Shown: piece by piece, positions 47,129-57,911 of the stretch | How the letters are laid out: each line of letters starts with the position of its first letter | How positions within the stretch are numbered: position 1 is the first letter of the stretch | Made by a program: the position numbers and the translations under genes | Notes under the pieces: generated by a model | Database searches by the model: none | Seen by the model: only the letters and a program-made list of their open reading frames with translations | What the model was told of the DNA's origin: nothing | From: Clostridia bacterium | GTDB lineage: Bacteria; Bacillota; Clostridia; Oscillospirales; CAG-272 | Reading direction: 5' to 3' | Length of the DNA stretch: 64,000 nucleotides | Assembly: GCA_017461745.1 (NCBI GenBank) | Contig: JAFTXE010000059.1 | Span: 7,304 to 71,303, forward strand

Positions 47129-48331
47129 CTATTTGCTGTGTTTTTTTTGAACAAAACGAATCAATTGTCTTCTTATTATGTTAGGAAGTAAACACCATAT
47201 CTTACCTTTCCAGGAAAGTTTGTATTCAGATGCTTCACAGCACCATTTTGAAATTGCTCCTTTTTCGTTGCTAATAAAATCCGCGAAAAAATCATCTCTA
47301 TTATGAGCAATCCATGTTTGCCTATAGAACAATGGATTATGTTCCTTAATATCATCAATCGTGCATGAATACATAACCATGTTCTTTTTCAGTTGTTCCA
47401 ACAACAGATTTCCTTTTTCTGTGTGGATAATAATAGAAGAAAAATTGCGTTTTGAAAGATACAATTTGGGAAATACCTTACTTACCCCCTTAAAGTCAGC
47501 AATCGTAATATCACTTACTCTGTTTTCAATTCGGAAATGACAATTTCCGCCACAAGAAGGTCTTAAACTAAGTTGCTTCAAAAACAATTGCATATATGGG
47601 TCATTTTGAACTAATAATTTATTACCATTGTCACTCGTGATTTTTTGAAGATGGTCTGTTTCATAAACTCGTCCTTTTGCTCGAAATTCATAACCGACAA
47701 TATTATTTTCAAACTGTTTCGAAAGGCTATTTACACAAGCTTCAAACACTTTTTGACTACCAACACCATGGCAGATTAAGTCAATCAGTAATAAATTTTT
47801 ATCTTGATTTCCAATATATCGCTTTAAACCAGCAACTTGACAAGGGGTTCCACAAAAAACAACTTTTTTTCCACCTTTTAAATACTGCTGAATTTCTGCA
47901 AATACATTCTCCGGATTGCTCGCAACATATTTAGACTTGCATAATGCAGCGATATTACGAACGCCTTTTACGCAAACATGATGTACTCGCAAACCATCCC
48001 AAGCAGCTCCACATATGATTGTTTCGTCATCTCCGAAAGCTTTACAAATTTCAGAAAATGCACCACCGCTGGCACTACGTTTCCAAATACGATATTTTTT
48101 GGTAACCGCACACCAAGCAGACTTTTGAAAAGCCATCCCCCCTTCTTCTACATTAGGAGTAGCTATTGGACAAATTCTTTTGCATTTTTCACAATGAATG
48201 CATTTTGGGGATGCGGTAGGGTATAAAAAGCCTTCTTCATCAGGCTCCATTTTAATACACTGAACAGGACAAGCAGCGTAACACGCAGAACACCCCATAC
48301 AATTAGATTTTTCTTTTGTAAAATCTAACAT
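47129..48331 (-). CDS. FrhB-like (F420 hydrogenase beta family) Fe-S protein, copy 1
   Basis: CMGCSACYAACP, CIHCEKCKRICP, SASGGAF, KSKYV, GTPCQ, LICHG, SDITIADF. Confidence 0.85.
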   Translation of the reverse strand: MLDFTKEKSNCMGCSACYAACPVQCIKMEPDEEGFLYPTASPKCIHCEKCKRICPIATPNVEEGGMAFQKSAWCAVTKKYRIWKRSASGGAFSEICKAFGDDETIICGAAWDGLRVHHVCVKGVRNIAALCKSKYVASNPENVFAEIQQYLKGGKKVVFCGTPCQVAGLKRYIGNQDKNLLLIDLICHGVGSQKVFEACVNSLSKQFENNIVGYEFRAKGRVYETDHLQKITSDNGNKLLVQNDPYMQLFLKQLSLRPSCGGNCHFRIENRVSDITIADFKGVSKVFPKLYLSKRNFSSIIIHTEKGNLLLEQLKKNMVMYSCTIDDIKEHNPLFYRQTWIAHNRDDFFADFISNEKGAISKWCCEASEYKLSWKGKIWCLLPNIIRRQLIRFVQKKHSK

Positions 48332-48333
48332 TT

Positions 48334-49413
48334 TTATAACAACGCCCTTTCTAAGTAGCTATGCGAAAGAATTCTAGCATCCTCTAATTTTTTTTCAATG
48401 TCGTGATAATCGATTCTCTTACATTCGTCTATCAATTTATGCTTGTTTAAAAATCTATCGCTAATATTAAACCATCTGTCCAACTGATAAATTCTTGAGT
48501 TCTGATTTATTGGGTCATCTATACCGAAGCGTTCAAAAGTAAAAAATTCTTTCTCAAATAATAAAGAAAAAATCGTTCCATGATAAGAATCTGTGAATAC
48601 AACTTCTGCATGATGGATAAGCCACAAAAATTCCAAAGGACCCATGCCGTCTAACGTTTCAATCCAGTCACTATCAGCTGGATTAACAGAAACACCCACA
48701 ACCTTCAATTTATGCTCCATCGCATATTGATATATTTGTTCTCTATAATCGTGATTTTTATTTAAAAAGTAACAGAATATATACTTTCCCACAAAACCCG
48801 TAGGTTTATTCTCCATCTTTTCATAATGTTCCTTGGACAAAAGAAGAGTTGGATCCAAAACTACAGTTGATTCAATATTGAAATTATCCTTTAACAATAC
48901 TTTTCCTGCTTCTTCTCTAATCGAAATATAATCAAAATCACACAAACAACTTTTATAGGAATCATGTAGATGCTCTGGGATTTTTTCCAATCCAATACTT
49001 GGTGCATACGCCACTTTTCTCACTTTTTTATTATCTATAAAGTCCAACATGTAAGAAGTATCTAATACATTAGGTGCCCATATTTGGTCACTACCGCAAA
49101 CGATAATATCAAATTTGCAATTTAGACCACTAAGTTCTGACTTAGGGACAAATTCTGTTAAATTTAAATATTTTCTATCAAACCTGAGATAATGATACCT
49201 TCTTGTAGGAAGAAAGTTATATGGGAAAATTTGCATTATCCTGCCAATCATACATTTGAGTCCGTCAAACTCGCTAACATCATTATTGTTAGTCTTATAA
49301 TTGATAATTTTTACATCATCACAATATTGGGTTAAAATTGTACTAATAGCATATGCCTGCAAGGAACCACCCAAATTATGGTGATGATGCCAAGTAATAA
49401 CGCCTGCTTTCAA
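48334..49413 (-). CDS. Polysaccharide pyruvyl transferase family protein, copy 1
   Basis: NLGGSLQAYA, CGSDQIW, AYAPSIG, ISIREE, LDPTLL, TDSYHGTIFS. Confidence 0.88.
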   Translation of the reverse strand: MKAGVITWHHHHNLGGSLQAYAISTILTQYCDDVKIINYKTNNNDVSEFDGLKCMIGRIMQIFPYNFLPTRRYHYLRFDRKYLNLTEFVPKSELSGLNCKFDIIVCGSDQIWAPNVLDTSYMLDFIDNKKVRKVAYAPSIGLEKIPEHLHDSYKSCLCDFDYISIREEAGKVLLKDNFNIESTVVLDPTLLLSKEHYEKMENKPTGFVGKYIFCYFLNKNHDYREQIYQYAMEHKLKVVGVSVNPADSDWIETLDGMGPLEFLWLIHHAEVVFTDSYHGTIFSLLFEKEFFTFERFGIDDPINQNSRIYQLDRWFNISDRFLNKHKLIDECKRIDYHDIEKKLEDARILSHSYLERALL

Positions 49414-49471
49414 ATTGACAATTCCTTTCTGTTATGCTTATAAGCAATCAATCATTTTTAAGCCGTTTCTA

Positions 49472-50596
49472 TTATAACATTAATATTTCCTCGATTGCTT
49501 TAATCCATTGCTTTTTCCATCGTTCATGAGAAAATGAACAATTTACAGTTTTATATGCATTATTAGCAATATTTCGTCTATATTCTGGCTTATCAATCAA
49601 TTCGCTTATAGCTTCATTTAATTCTTCTACTTCTGCCGAACGAACCATTATACCGTTATATCCATTTAGAATGATATTGGTCATACCGCCGACATCTGTA
49701 CAAACCGGTGCGCAACCTGATGCCATAGCTTCTAACAAAGAAAGTGAAGTCCCTTCCGACCCGATTGTTGGCACTACAGCAATATCTTTGTCTGAGTGTA
49801 TTGCATAGCTCTCATCTGCTTCATACTTTATAAAACTTACATTAGCAAATCTTTTCAACCTATCTTTCATCCAAATTTCGTCAGGACCTTCTCCTGCGAT
49901 AGTAATTTCGATATTCGGATATTTACACAATAGTTTCTCGGCAACTGCAGTAAATACTTTTGTCCCTCTATATTCTTGAAGACGTCGTGCAAATAAGATC
50001 CTCACAATTTCACCATCGCTTTTTCGGGGGAACGGCACTGTTTTTGCAAAGTTTGGTATGCAAACATATTTTGTCCCAATACTATGGGTTTGCGTTCTAA
50101 ACCAATTCATATAGTTATAGTCAACGCATACAAGGTAATCAATCATAGATAGAATTTTCTGTTCGGCATATGAGTCTCTTGCTTTATTAATTGTGTTTTT
50201 AAGCATTTCTAACCTACTCAATTGACCCTTTGAGACAATATCTCTACCTATACCATGTTGAATAGAAACAGCTACGTTTTTGTATTTTTGTATAATGAGG
50301 TTTTCTGTTGCGTACAAAATAATGTCATTCTCTTGCAGCATACTCTCTAATTTTTTGTTTAGTTTGACAACCTTTTTTTCGGGAGTAAGCTTGTCGACAT
50401 TAACGCCAACAACCTTAGTACCATTAAATACAACTTCTTTATCTTCCTTAGAGTACTGTATAATAATTGGCAATAATTCACATTGTTTAATGACACTCAC
50501 CAAATTATGCAAATATGTTTCAATGCCGCCAATATTCAATTTTGACATTGAATCGGCATCCAAAAATAATCTTGCTAAAATAATCACTCGTCTCAT
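49472..50596 (-). CDS. GT4 family glycosyltransferase
   Basis: ILFARRL, IAGEGP, SEGTSLSLLEAMASG, TDVGG. Confidence 0.88.
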   Translation of the reverse strand: MRRVIILARLFLDADSMSKLNIGGIETYLHNLVSVIKQCELLPIIIQYSKEDKEVVFNGTKVVGVNVDKLTPEKKVVKLNKKLESMLQENDIILYATENLIIQKYKNVAVSIQHGIGRDIVSKGQLSRLEMLKNTINKARDSYAEQKILSMIDYLVCVDYNYMNWFRTQTHSIGTKYVCIPNFAKTVPFPRKSDGEIVRILFARRLQEYRGTKVFTAVAEKLLCKYPNIEITIAGEGPDEIWMKDRLKRFANVSFIKYEADESYAIHSDKDIAVVPTIGSEGTSLSLLEAMASGCAPVCTDVGGMTNIILNGYNGIMVRSAEVEELNEAISELIDKPEYRRNIANNAYKTVNCSFSHERWKKQWIKAIEEILML

Positions 50597-50630
50597 ATTA
50601 TTTCCCTACCTTTTTATTACGAAGCGTTTG

Positions 50631-51626
50631 TCAACCTTTTCGCTTCGTATACCAGTAGATAAACCTCCATAGTTCCCACTGAATGAGCTTGTACTTGAAT
50701 TTTGTTGAAGATGATTTTAGGTTTCTATAAAAATTAACTCGTTTGTATTTTTTGTCAAATTGTAGATATTCGCGAATCAAACTAATAAATTCTGTATAAC
50801 TTTGAGATTGTAAGGCAAAATCGTGTGTGAGTACCCAAATTGAGGAAATATAGTAATGAGCTATATTCTCCAAGGGGTAAATGCCAATGTTTTCAATTTC
50901 ACTTTTAACATTCGTGACATTCACTAGGTCATAGGGCTTTCTCACATGTGTCATCGATTCGATATTTTCCCTATAAAAGTAACCAGAATAGTGAATAACA
51001 CTAACATTTTGTGTTTCATTTAAAATTAGAGCTGTTAAAAGTACATCTTCTCCGTTTTTAATTGTATTTGGTACTAACTTTTGGCTTTTTATATATATTT
51101 CGCGTTTTACTGCTTTGGACCATATCGAGTATAGTAAGCAACCAGAATTATCTGAAGCAGACGATGCATTGTAAAAATAATTAGAACTAATTTCTGCAAT
51201 ATTGGTATATATACCAACCTTTAAAGGTGGAAGTACCGGTTCAGATTGTTTTATGCCATAATCAACCGTGTATCCATAGCATATCATATCAACCTGAGGA
51301 TTGCGTTCAACTTCAGCGTTCAATTTGCTAAATAAATCTACATTTAGATGATCATCCCCGTCTAAACACACGATAAATTCACCTCTAGCAACAGCCGCAC
51401 CTGCCTTGCGCGCACTAACTAAACCACCATTGGGTTTATCAACAACAATAATACGATTTGGATATGCACTTTCATATTTTCTGCATATTGATAACGAATC
51501 GTCTTTTGACCCATCATTTACTAGAATCAATTCATAATCCGTGAAGCTTTGATTAAGTACCGATTCTATACATTCTGTCAAATAAACAGAAACATTATAA
51601 ATCGGGACAACAACTGAAAATTTCAT
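50631..51626 (-). CDS. GT2 family glycosyltransferase
   Basis: SVVVPIYNV, VNDGSKD, NGGLVSARKAG, CLDGDD, GEDVL. Confidence 0.9.
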   Translation of the reverse strand: MKFSVVVPIYNVSVYLTECIESVLNQSFTDYELILVNDGSKDDSLSICRKYESAYPNRIIVVDKPNGGLVSARKAGAAVARGEFIVCLDGDDHLNVDLFSKLNAEVERNPQVDMICYGYTVDYGIKQSEPVLPPLKVGIYTNIAEISSNYFYNASSASDNSGCLLYSIWSKAVKREIYIKSQKLVPNTIKNGEDVLLTALILNETQNVSVIHYSGYFYRENIESMTHVRKPYDLVNVTNVKSEIENIGIYPLENIAHYYISSIWVLTHDFALQSQSYTEFISLIREYLQFDKKYKRVNFYRNLKSSSTKFKYKLIQWELWRFIYWYTKRKG

Positions 51627-52780
51627 TACACATACACTCCCAACTTACGCAGAATAAAAGCCTTCCAATGCTTTTGAGAAAATTGTTTCTGCATGTATTC
51701 AGCACCATACATTTTCCACTCCGTTAACACATCATAGTCCATTTTATTTTTATCAAACGGCTGTTTTAGTTGCTCATTAGTTTTGGCTACGCTTTCAAAA
51801 TTACTTTTGCTGACATCAAGGAGTTCACATGCTAAATCGAAAAGCTTCTTCCCTTTTACGGTCTGAATCAAGATTGCTGAAATCCCCTTATCTTTGGGCA
51901 AACTTCCCTCATATCCCCAAAAATCTCCTATAGTTAAATCGGATTGACGTACCGATTTTGCAAACATACAAGAATAACAATTCTCCCTGAAAATTTTACC
52001 AGAAAGGAAATGATTATAATAATATGACAACGAAGGCGTTGTATAATATCGTTTTTCTTTTACTGTCCCATTTTTTAAAGTATATCTAGCAGTATATCTA
52101 GCAGTAAAAGAACGCTTTTTATCTTTGTTTCTAAAGGAAAAGTCTGTAATTGTGCAGTTGTGTTTCGTCTGCAATAATTGAATATAATCACGCCAATAAG
52201 GCTGTTCAATAACACCGTGGCAAATAACCTCCACGGTATATAGCAAATCGCAGTTTTTTTCACCAACAAACTGTTTGAGAGCAGCACATTGGCAAGGTGT
52301 CCCAGAAAATAACACTGGAACTCTATTTTTTAAATCATTTTGAACACAGCAAAAAACTTCTGGTTGGATTGAACTTTTAATATACTTTGATCCTTGTAGC
52401 CTGTGCAATTCACCCAAAGCATTTACTCGAATATGTGTCGGCATCATTTCGCTATTATATGTACATCCATAAACAACTCCATGTAATCGATTGATAAACG
52501 ATTCAGCCAAAGCGGAAAAAGCCCCTCCAGATGCACTTTTCATATGCGTATCTCTATTTTTTACAATTCCAGCATATACTTGGTCAACATTGCTAAAAGA
52601 AATATTCTGTTCATATATACAAACCTTATTACACTTGCCGCAGTCTATACACTTACTTGTATCAACCCTAGGGAACAGATTCCCGTACTCATCCTCAATT
52701 TTATAAATTGCTTTAGTGGGACAAGCGGCTTCACAGGCAAAACATCCACAGCATTTTTCTTTGTTCAGTATATTAATCAT
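51626..52780 (-). CDS. FrhB-like Fe-S protein, copy 2
   Basis: CCGCFACEAACP, CIDCGKCNKVC, SASGGAF, GSKYI, GTPCQ, VICHG, SDLTIGDFWG. Confidence 0.85.
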   Translation of the reverse strand: MINILNKEKCCGCFACEAACPTKAIYKIEDEYGNLFPRVDTSKCIDCGKCNKVCIYEQNISFSNVDQVYAGIVKNRDTHMKSASGGAFSALAESFINRLHGVVYGCTYNSEMMPTHIRVNALGELHRLQGSKYIKSSIQPEVFCCVQNDLKNRVPVLFSGTPCQCAALKQFVGEKNCDLLYTVEVICHGVIEQPYWRDYIQLLQTKHNCTITDFSFRNKDKKRSFTARYTARYTLKNGTVKEKRYYTTPSLSYYYNHFLSGKIFRENCYSCMFAKSVRQSDLTIGDFWGYEGSLPKDKGISAILIQTVKGKKLFDLACELLDVSKSNFESVAKTNEQLKQPFDKNKMDYDVLTEWKMYGAEYMQKQFSQKHWKAFILRKLGVYV

Positions 52781-53843
52781 TCTTCAAATTTTCCTTTAGA
52801 TACTCAATTGTACGCGCCTGTTCTTTGGCAATTTGTTGATTGGCATAGTCGAAACTGATTTTGGAATCAAAAATTTCGCCTATTTGATTTACTTTCTGCA
52901 ATTGTCTGCTCTCTAAGCCAAAAAAATTCAGCAAAGCTATGAGTTTATTTTTATTGGAGTCGCGTATAATTGTTACAAATTGTTTGTTTCGTTTGATAGA
53001 AATTACAGTACCATGAAATGTATCTGTAATTACATAATCCGCATGATCAAAATACGATAATAATTCAAAAGGTTCGCACAAAATATTTTTATCGCACCAT
53101 CTCTGATATACGCCGCAGCTAATTAGTGTTTTTCCTTCTCTCTTAGCAAACTCTTTAATCGCCCTAATTTCCTGTTCGTTATTGATTCTATTATCGTATG
53201 AATAAATAAGAATATAATTCTTAGGATAAGTATCAATATCTTTTACATTCGACCAATCGTAAACCAATACGGGATCCAAATGTACGAATGGCTTAATACC
53301 AGTAAGTTGTTCAATACAATCAAAAGAGTTTTTATCTCTAACAGAAATACTCTTTAATTTTTTTAAAGACTTTGCAACGTTCTCCGTCAAATGATATTGT
53401 TTTAAATTATCATAAGATGTGTGTCCAAAGGAACCAGCATATGAAATTGCTGGAACCATTGTATCGCCGAACAACTGTAATGAACACCCCCACGAGGATT
53501 CCTGGCAACAGTTAAACACTTCATCCGAGCCTATGATAATCATATCAACTTCTGTTTCATCAACAGGATGCGATATACCAATATCATTGAACATCTTTTG
53601 GGTAAATAATAAACATCTATTTTTTTCAAATACCACATGTTCAATTCTTTTGATAATATGCTTCCATGGCTTTTGCTTAATCAAGCTTTGGGAAAGTGTA
53701 TCAAAGTTTAACTTTTCACCATTTCTTATATCAACAAAAAATGCTTCGTGTCCCAACCCCTCAACAAGAGATTTGAGTGCATATGCTTGTAAAAAAGAGC
53801 CATAATTAATCACGCGTTGCATTGATAAAATTCCGATTCTCAT
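52773..53843 (-). CDS. Polysaccharide pyruvyl transferase family protein, copy 2
   Basis: NYGSFLQAYA, IGSDEVFN, SYAGSFG, SISVRD, LDPVL, TDTFHGTV. Start placed at MRIGIL after gggagagg. Confidence 0.88.
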   Translation of the reverse strand: MRIGILSMQRVINYGSFLQAYALKSLVEGLGHEAFFVDIRNGEKLNFDTLSQSLIKQKPWKHIIKRIEHVVFEKNRCLLFTQKMFNDIGISHPVDETEVDMIIIGSDEVFNCCQESSWGCSLQLFGDTMVPAISYAGSFGHTSYDNLKQYHLTENVAKSLKKLKSISVRDKNSFDCIEQLTGIKPFVHLDPVLVYDWSNVKDIDTYPKNYILIYSYDNRINNEQEIRAIKEFAKREGKTLISCGVYQRWCDKNILCEPFELLSYFDHADYVITDTFHGTVISIKRNKQFVTIIRDSNKNKLIALLNFFGLESRQLQKVNQIGEIFDSKISFDYANQQIAKEQARTIEYLKENLKND

Positions 53844-53916
53844 CAAACCTCTCCCTTTATTTACCATTTTGTCATAAAAATTGCAACTATGTATATCATA
53901 TTAAGCAAATCATTTT

Positions 53917-55164
53917 CTATATAAATAGTAAACCAAACCAGTATTGGGCACTAAATGTAGATACCGTAGTGGCACCGATTATTAGTATCAATTTGATTAT
54001 TAGCATAACTTTAAAATTATTGGTTTTATAATACTTTTTTAACCGCTTTAACTGTACATAAAACATCGCGAATAAACCTAAAACTCCGCTATAAATTAAA
54101 ATGTCAAGATATGAATTATGTGAATACTTGCCAACTAATTCGTCATATCCGAGCCAGGCTTTACCAAATACTTTTTGAATAAGATTTCCGTCTTTGAACA
54201 TAGCAACATACGCATTTGTTAATTCTGTTCGTCCTGTTGTAGCATCATTCAAATCACCATATTTTATCGAATTAACCATTGAATCTACCCTCAGCATTAT
54301 TGGTTCCATAAACGAAATGTTCGACAATTGCGAAGCAATTATTATAATGACACATATGGCACAAAAAACGGTTATAACGCCTTTGAGCGTTACTCTTTTC
54401 AAATTAATATTTGAAAGAATATAATATCCTATTACGCCAATATATAAAACTACCGCAGTTAAACTAACAGAAAGCAATACAATAATAGAAATTATAGCAA
54501 ATACAACCCATTTACTTATATTCTTTTTCATAAAATATAGTGGATAAAGTAATGCTATACATCCGTATAATGAAAATCTGCTTGTTCCAAGTGTTCCATA
54601 CAACTGTTTCACATAACCAAATCCAGGTATCCATCTTAAAATAGAAGTACCTTCACAATATCCATAAATTGTTCCCTCTATAAAACCTATAAGTATCATC
54701 AACAATATTGTTTTTAAAAATGCTTCTCCTTCCTCACTAGTACTGGATATCAGTTTGTGAAAGATAATGCAAGAAGCGTAAAAGTATACACAAATGCTAA
54801 CTCCCGTTAATGTTCCATACAGAAGAAAGTTAGACATTCCTATAACTAAAAATAATAAAAGGAAGAAGATTTCATATGCATTTAAGGACACTTTTTTGCA
54901 AAAAAACGTGTATTTCACAACAAATAATACACTTATTATCAAAGATAATGTAATTCCAAAAGAAAAAACCGCTTCTAAACACCAAACAAAAGAGAATATA
55001 TACATCATTAATGTTTGATTGATTGGGGCAATACAAAAAATACCGATTGCAAACAAAAGAATTATATCGTCCGGTACAATTCTCAACGCAAAAACAAAAA
55101 ATAAAATTACAAAGCCATATAAAAAACCATATGTTTTTTTTGTTTTTTCAACCATACAACTCAC
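53917..55164 (-). CDS. wzy: Wzy-type polysaccharide polymerase (O-antigen ligase-like)
   Basis: About 11 TM segments, TTGRT and SHNSYLDIL motifs, very AT-rich. Confidence 0.7.
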   Translation of the reverse strand: MSCMVEKTKKTYGFLYGFVILFFVFALRIVPDDIILLFAIGIFCIAPINQTLMMYIFSFVWCLEAVFSFGITLSLIISVLFVVKYTFFCKKVSLNAYEIFFLLLFLVIGMSNFLLYGTLTGVSICVYFYASCIIFHKLISSTSEEGEAFLKTILLMILIGFIEGTIYGYCEGTSILRWIPGFGYVKQLYGTLGTSRFSLYGCIALLYPLYFMKKNISKWVVFAIISIIVLLSVSLTAVVLYIGVIGYYILSNINLKRVTLKGVITVFCAICVIIIIASQLSNISFMEPIMLRVDSMVNSIKYGDLNDATTGRTELTNAYVAMFKDGNLIQKVFGKAWLGYDELVGKYSHNSYLDILIYSGVLGLFAMFYVQLKRLKKYYKTNNFKVMLIIKLILIIGATTVSTFSAQYWFGLLFI

Positions 55165-56099
55165 TTTCCTTTGCGTTTTCTAACAATCATATACAACCTT
55201 GGTGATATCATGAACAATAAACATCTCATCTTGTTGTAAAATGTTTTGGATGTCTTTATTAATAAATCTTTATCGATGTAATCTTTGTAGTTTTCTCTTT
55301 TATACTGAAAAATATCAGTTTCATAAAATTGGCTAAGATACCCATTACATATTTCATTTTTCAAAATATCTCTTGTACACTTGTTTTTAAGACTGTTTGA
55401 ATAGTGCAACAAACTATAACTAATATCTATAATATCCTTCAAATTTTTTCTTTTATCTTTGTGCGTAGTTATTGAATCTTCTCGAACATATCGTACATAA
55501 AAATCTATATTTGAAAACACAATACTATTAGCCTCTATATATGCTCGAGGAGTAAACTCATTATCTTCATGGAATTTGCCAACCATAAAATTCAAACCAC
55601 ATTCACGCAAGAAATTTCTTCTATACGCTGGAGCAACTGCACAAGCCAATATGCTATCAATAAAAAGTGTATAGTATTCTTCCCCTCTATAGATCTTCCC
55701 TGGTATTGCTGCAGGAGTCAACGAAAATCTACTACAATCCTCGTTAATTAGACAACCTATGCAAATATCAACTAAATTTACGGTAAGTACTTCATTAAAA
55801 CGTTCGCAAGCATCCAATAATAACCAATCATCCGAATCAACAAATAAAACATATTCGCCAGTAGCAATTTCAAGACCTACATTTCTAGCATCTGACAAGC
55901 CTCCGTTTTCTTTGTGAACCACTTTAATTCTGCTGTCTTTTTTTACAAAATCATCACACAATTTGGGAGAGTTATCCTTGCTTCCATCATCCACCAAAAT
56001 AATTTCTATATTGTTATATGTTTGATTTATTAATGATTCAACGCATCGTTCAAGATAGGCTTCAACATTATAAACAGGTACGATTATTGAAAACTTCAT
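55161..56099 (-). CDS. GT2 family glycosyltransferase
   Basis: SIIVPVYNV, VDDGSKD, NGGLSDARN, FVDSDD, FHEDN. Confidence 0.92.
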   Translation of the reverse strand: MKFSIIVPVYNVEAYLERCVESLINQTYNNIEIILVDDGSKDNSPKLCDDFVKKDSRIKVVHKENGGLSDARNVGLEIATGEYVLFVDSDDWLLLDACERFNEVLTVNLVDICIGCLINEDCSRFSLTPAAIPGKIYRGEEYYTLFIDSILACAVAPAYRRNFLRECGLNFMVGKFHEDNEFTPRAYIEANSIVFSNIDFYVRYVREDSITTHKDKRKNLKDIIDISYSLLHYSNSLKNKCTRDILKNEICNGYLSQFYETDIFQYKRENYKDYIDKDLLIKTSKTFYNKMRCLLFMISPRLYMIVRKRKGK

Positions 56100-56128
56100 T
56101 ATTATATATTATCCTTTGCAAAAATATT

Positions 56129-56902
56129 CTATGCCTCATTCATTATGGTATAAATATGCGAAAAGCTACCCATATTTCGATACATATCATAGTGGCGGAA
56201 CAAATGACAAAGTATAGCCAGTTTATACCACTTAGGGAATAAAGTTTTATACAGAACACCTTGGTCAACAATTGATTTTTCAGTAACTCCATGATACCAA
56301 GTAGATTCCCGGTGTGTGACCTCTCCTATAGTTTCGCTTGACAAATAGATGTTCAGTCCTTTACGATAACAATCATAAAGGAAAATTGTATCTTCACCAT
56401 GGGAATACATTGCCCCGCCGCCAAACAGTAGAGAAAATGACAATCTGTTTCTTAATAAAGACATTCTTCTTGCTGTAATAGCGTATGTTCCGAATTTAGA
56501 TAGATCTCTAAAAGAGGCTTTTCCATTTTTTACATTAATATCTTTGAAAGATTCTTCTCCCCGGCGCTCTTTAAAGTTAAAAATTACAACATCTGCTTTT
56601 TTATTTTTTTTGTAATAATCTTCTATGATTTTAGAGTAACCCTTTTTATAAACGACATCATTATCAGCAAACACGACTACATCTGCATCTGATGAAAACA
56701 ATGACACGTTTCGATTGAGACCTACGCCCCTATCACTTCTGGATAGTATTTTAACCTTGTGTTTTTTGTGAACGAACATTTCTTCAGATATCGAATCTGT
56801 TTGATTTCCAATTATCATATCCGTTTCTAAATTCATATTCTCAAGATAATCGCTTTTCTCTCTTTCAAAAAACATAGTTGACATAAGTACTTCAATTTTC
56901 AT
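56129..56902 (-). CDS. GT-A fold glycosyltransferase
   Basis: IEVLMST, RGVGLNRN, FADND, FGGGAMYSHGED. Confidence 0.8.
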   Translation of the reverse strand: MKIEVLMSTMFFEREKSDYLENMNLETDMIIGNQTDSISEEMFVHKKHKVKILSRSDRGVGLNRNVSLFSSDADVVVFADNDVVYKKGYSKIIEDYYKKNKKADVVIFNFKERRGEESFKDINVKNGKASFRDLSKFGTYAITARRMSLLRNRLSFSLLFGGGAMYSHGEDTIFLYDCYRKGLNIYLSSETIGEVTHRESTWYHGVTEKSIVDQGVLYKTLFPKWYKLAILCHLFRHYDMYRNMGSFSHIYTIMNEA

Positions 56903-57911
56903 TTTTATCTTCCTTTCCATGAAAAATTGTTAAGGCATTATGCATTAAACCTTTTAGAGTACCTATCCCATAACTAATATGTAAAATAAAAAATAAGAAT
57001 GGCATACAAATTGAGTATAAATTACCATTGCCTTTAATCACCGTTAATAAAGCGCTCACCAACGTAAACAATCCATACGATGCCCACATAAGTGCTGAAA
57101 GTTGCCACATATCCAATAATGCTAGTAAACTTGTCACTACTATACCAAGTACAAAAGCCAAAGGCACTAAATGATATATCGAGATGCAACCGGGACAAAT
57201 CCCCAAAGTCAACCCAATCCAATAACCATTTCCATATTTCTGTTTTACCATTCTTGTCAAACTGCTTCTTGCATATTGAAAAGAAACGATCTCAGGATCA
57301 AAACACAGCTTATAACCCGATTTTCTAATACGATAATGCATTTCATTATCTTCAGTTCTAAGCAGATTTTCATTAAACAAACCAGCTTTTTCGAAAACTT
57401 CTCGTCTGTATGCTGCGTGAAACATAGATTTTACATACTGCTTTTCTTTACCATGTCGGCTAATCGCGATGCTACTTCCAAACAAAGAATTTTCTACTTC
57501 GAGTAAAGTGTTTTTCCATGCTGTTGGTTCCTCTATCACACACGGACGAACTCCACCAGTCACATACTCTCCACTCTCTTGAAGTTCCATATTCTTTTCT
57601 GTAAACTCTGCCGGAATATGCGTATGAGCATCAATTCGGATAATGACATCACCAATGGCATTGTTTATAGCAACGTTCCAACCCGCTGCCTGAATTTTCT
57701 TTGGGTTGTCCAACACTTTTACAGTCATAAAAGACACATTGCTTTTTTTGAAATCGTCCATTATCTCACGAGTTTTGTCAGTAGAACGCCCATCAACCAG
57801 CACAATCTCTGTTAACTCATGCGGATACGTTTGATTCGATAAATCCTTTAACAATTTTGGAAGAAACGATTCTTCGTTATAAGCAACTACACAAAGCGAT
57901 ACTGTCATCAT
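56892..57911 (-). CDS. GT2 glycosyltransferase resembling pneumococcal TacB
   Basis: VAYNEE, RIDAH, FGSSIA, RTEDNEMHYRIR, QKYGNGYWIGLT. Resemblance is recalled from memory, not searched. Confidence 0.8.
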   Translation of the reverse strand: MMTVSLCVVAYNEESFLPKLLKDLSNQTYPHELTEIVLVDGRSTDKTREIMDDFKKSNVSFMTVKVLDNPKKIQAAGWNVAINNAIGDVIIRIDAHTHIPAEFTEKNMELQESGEYVTGGVRPCVIEEPTAWKNTLLEVENSLFGSSIAISRHGKEKQYVKSMFHAAYRREVFEKAGLFNENLLRTEDNEMHYRIRKSGYKLCFDPEIVSFQYARSSLTRMVKQKYGNGYWIGLTLGICPGCISIYHLVPLAFVLGIVVTSLLALLDMWQLSALMWASYGLFTLVSALLTVIKGNGNLYSICMPFLFFILHISYGIGTLKGLMHNALTIFHGKEDKNEN

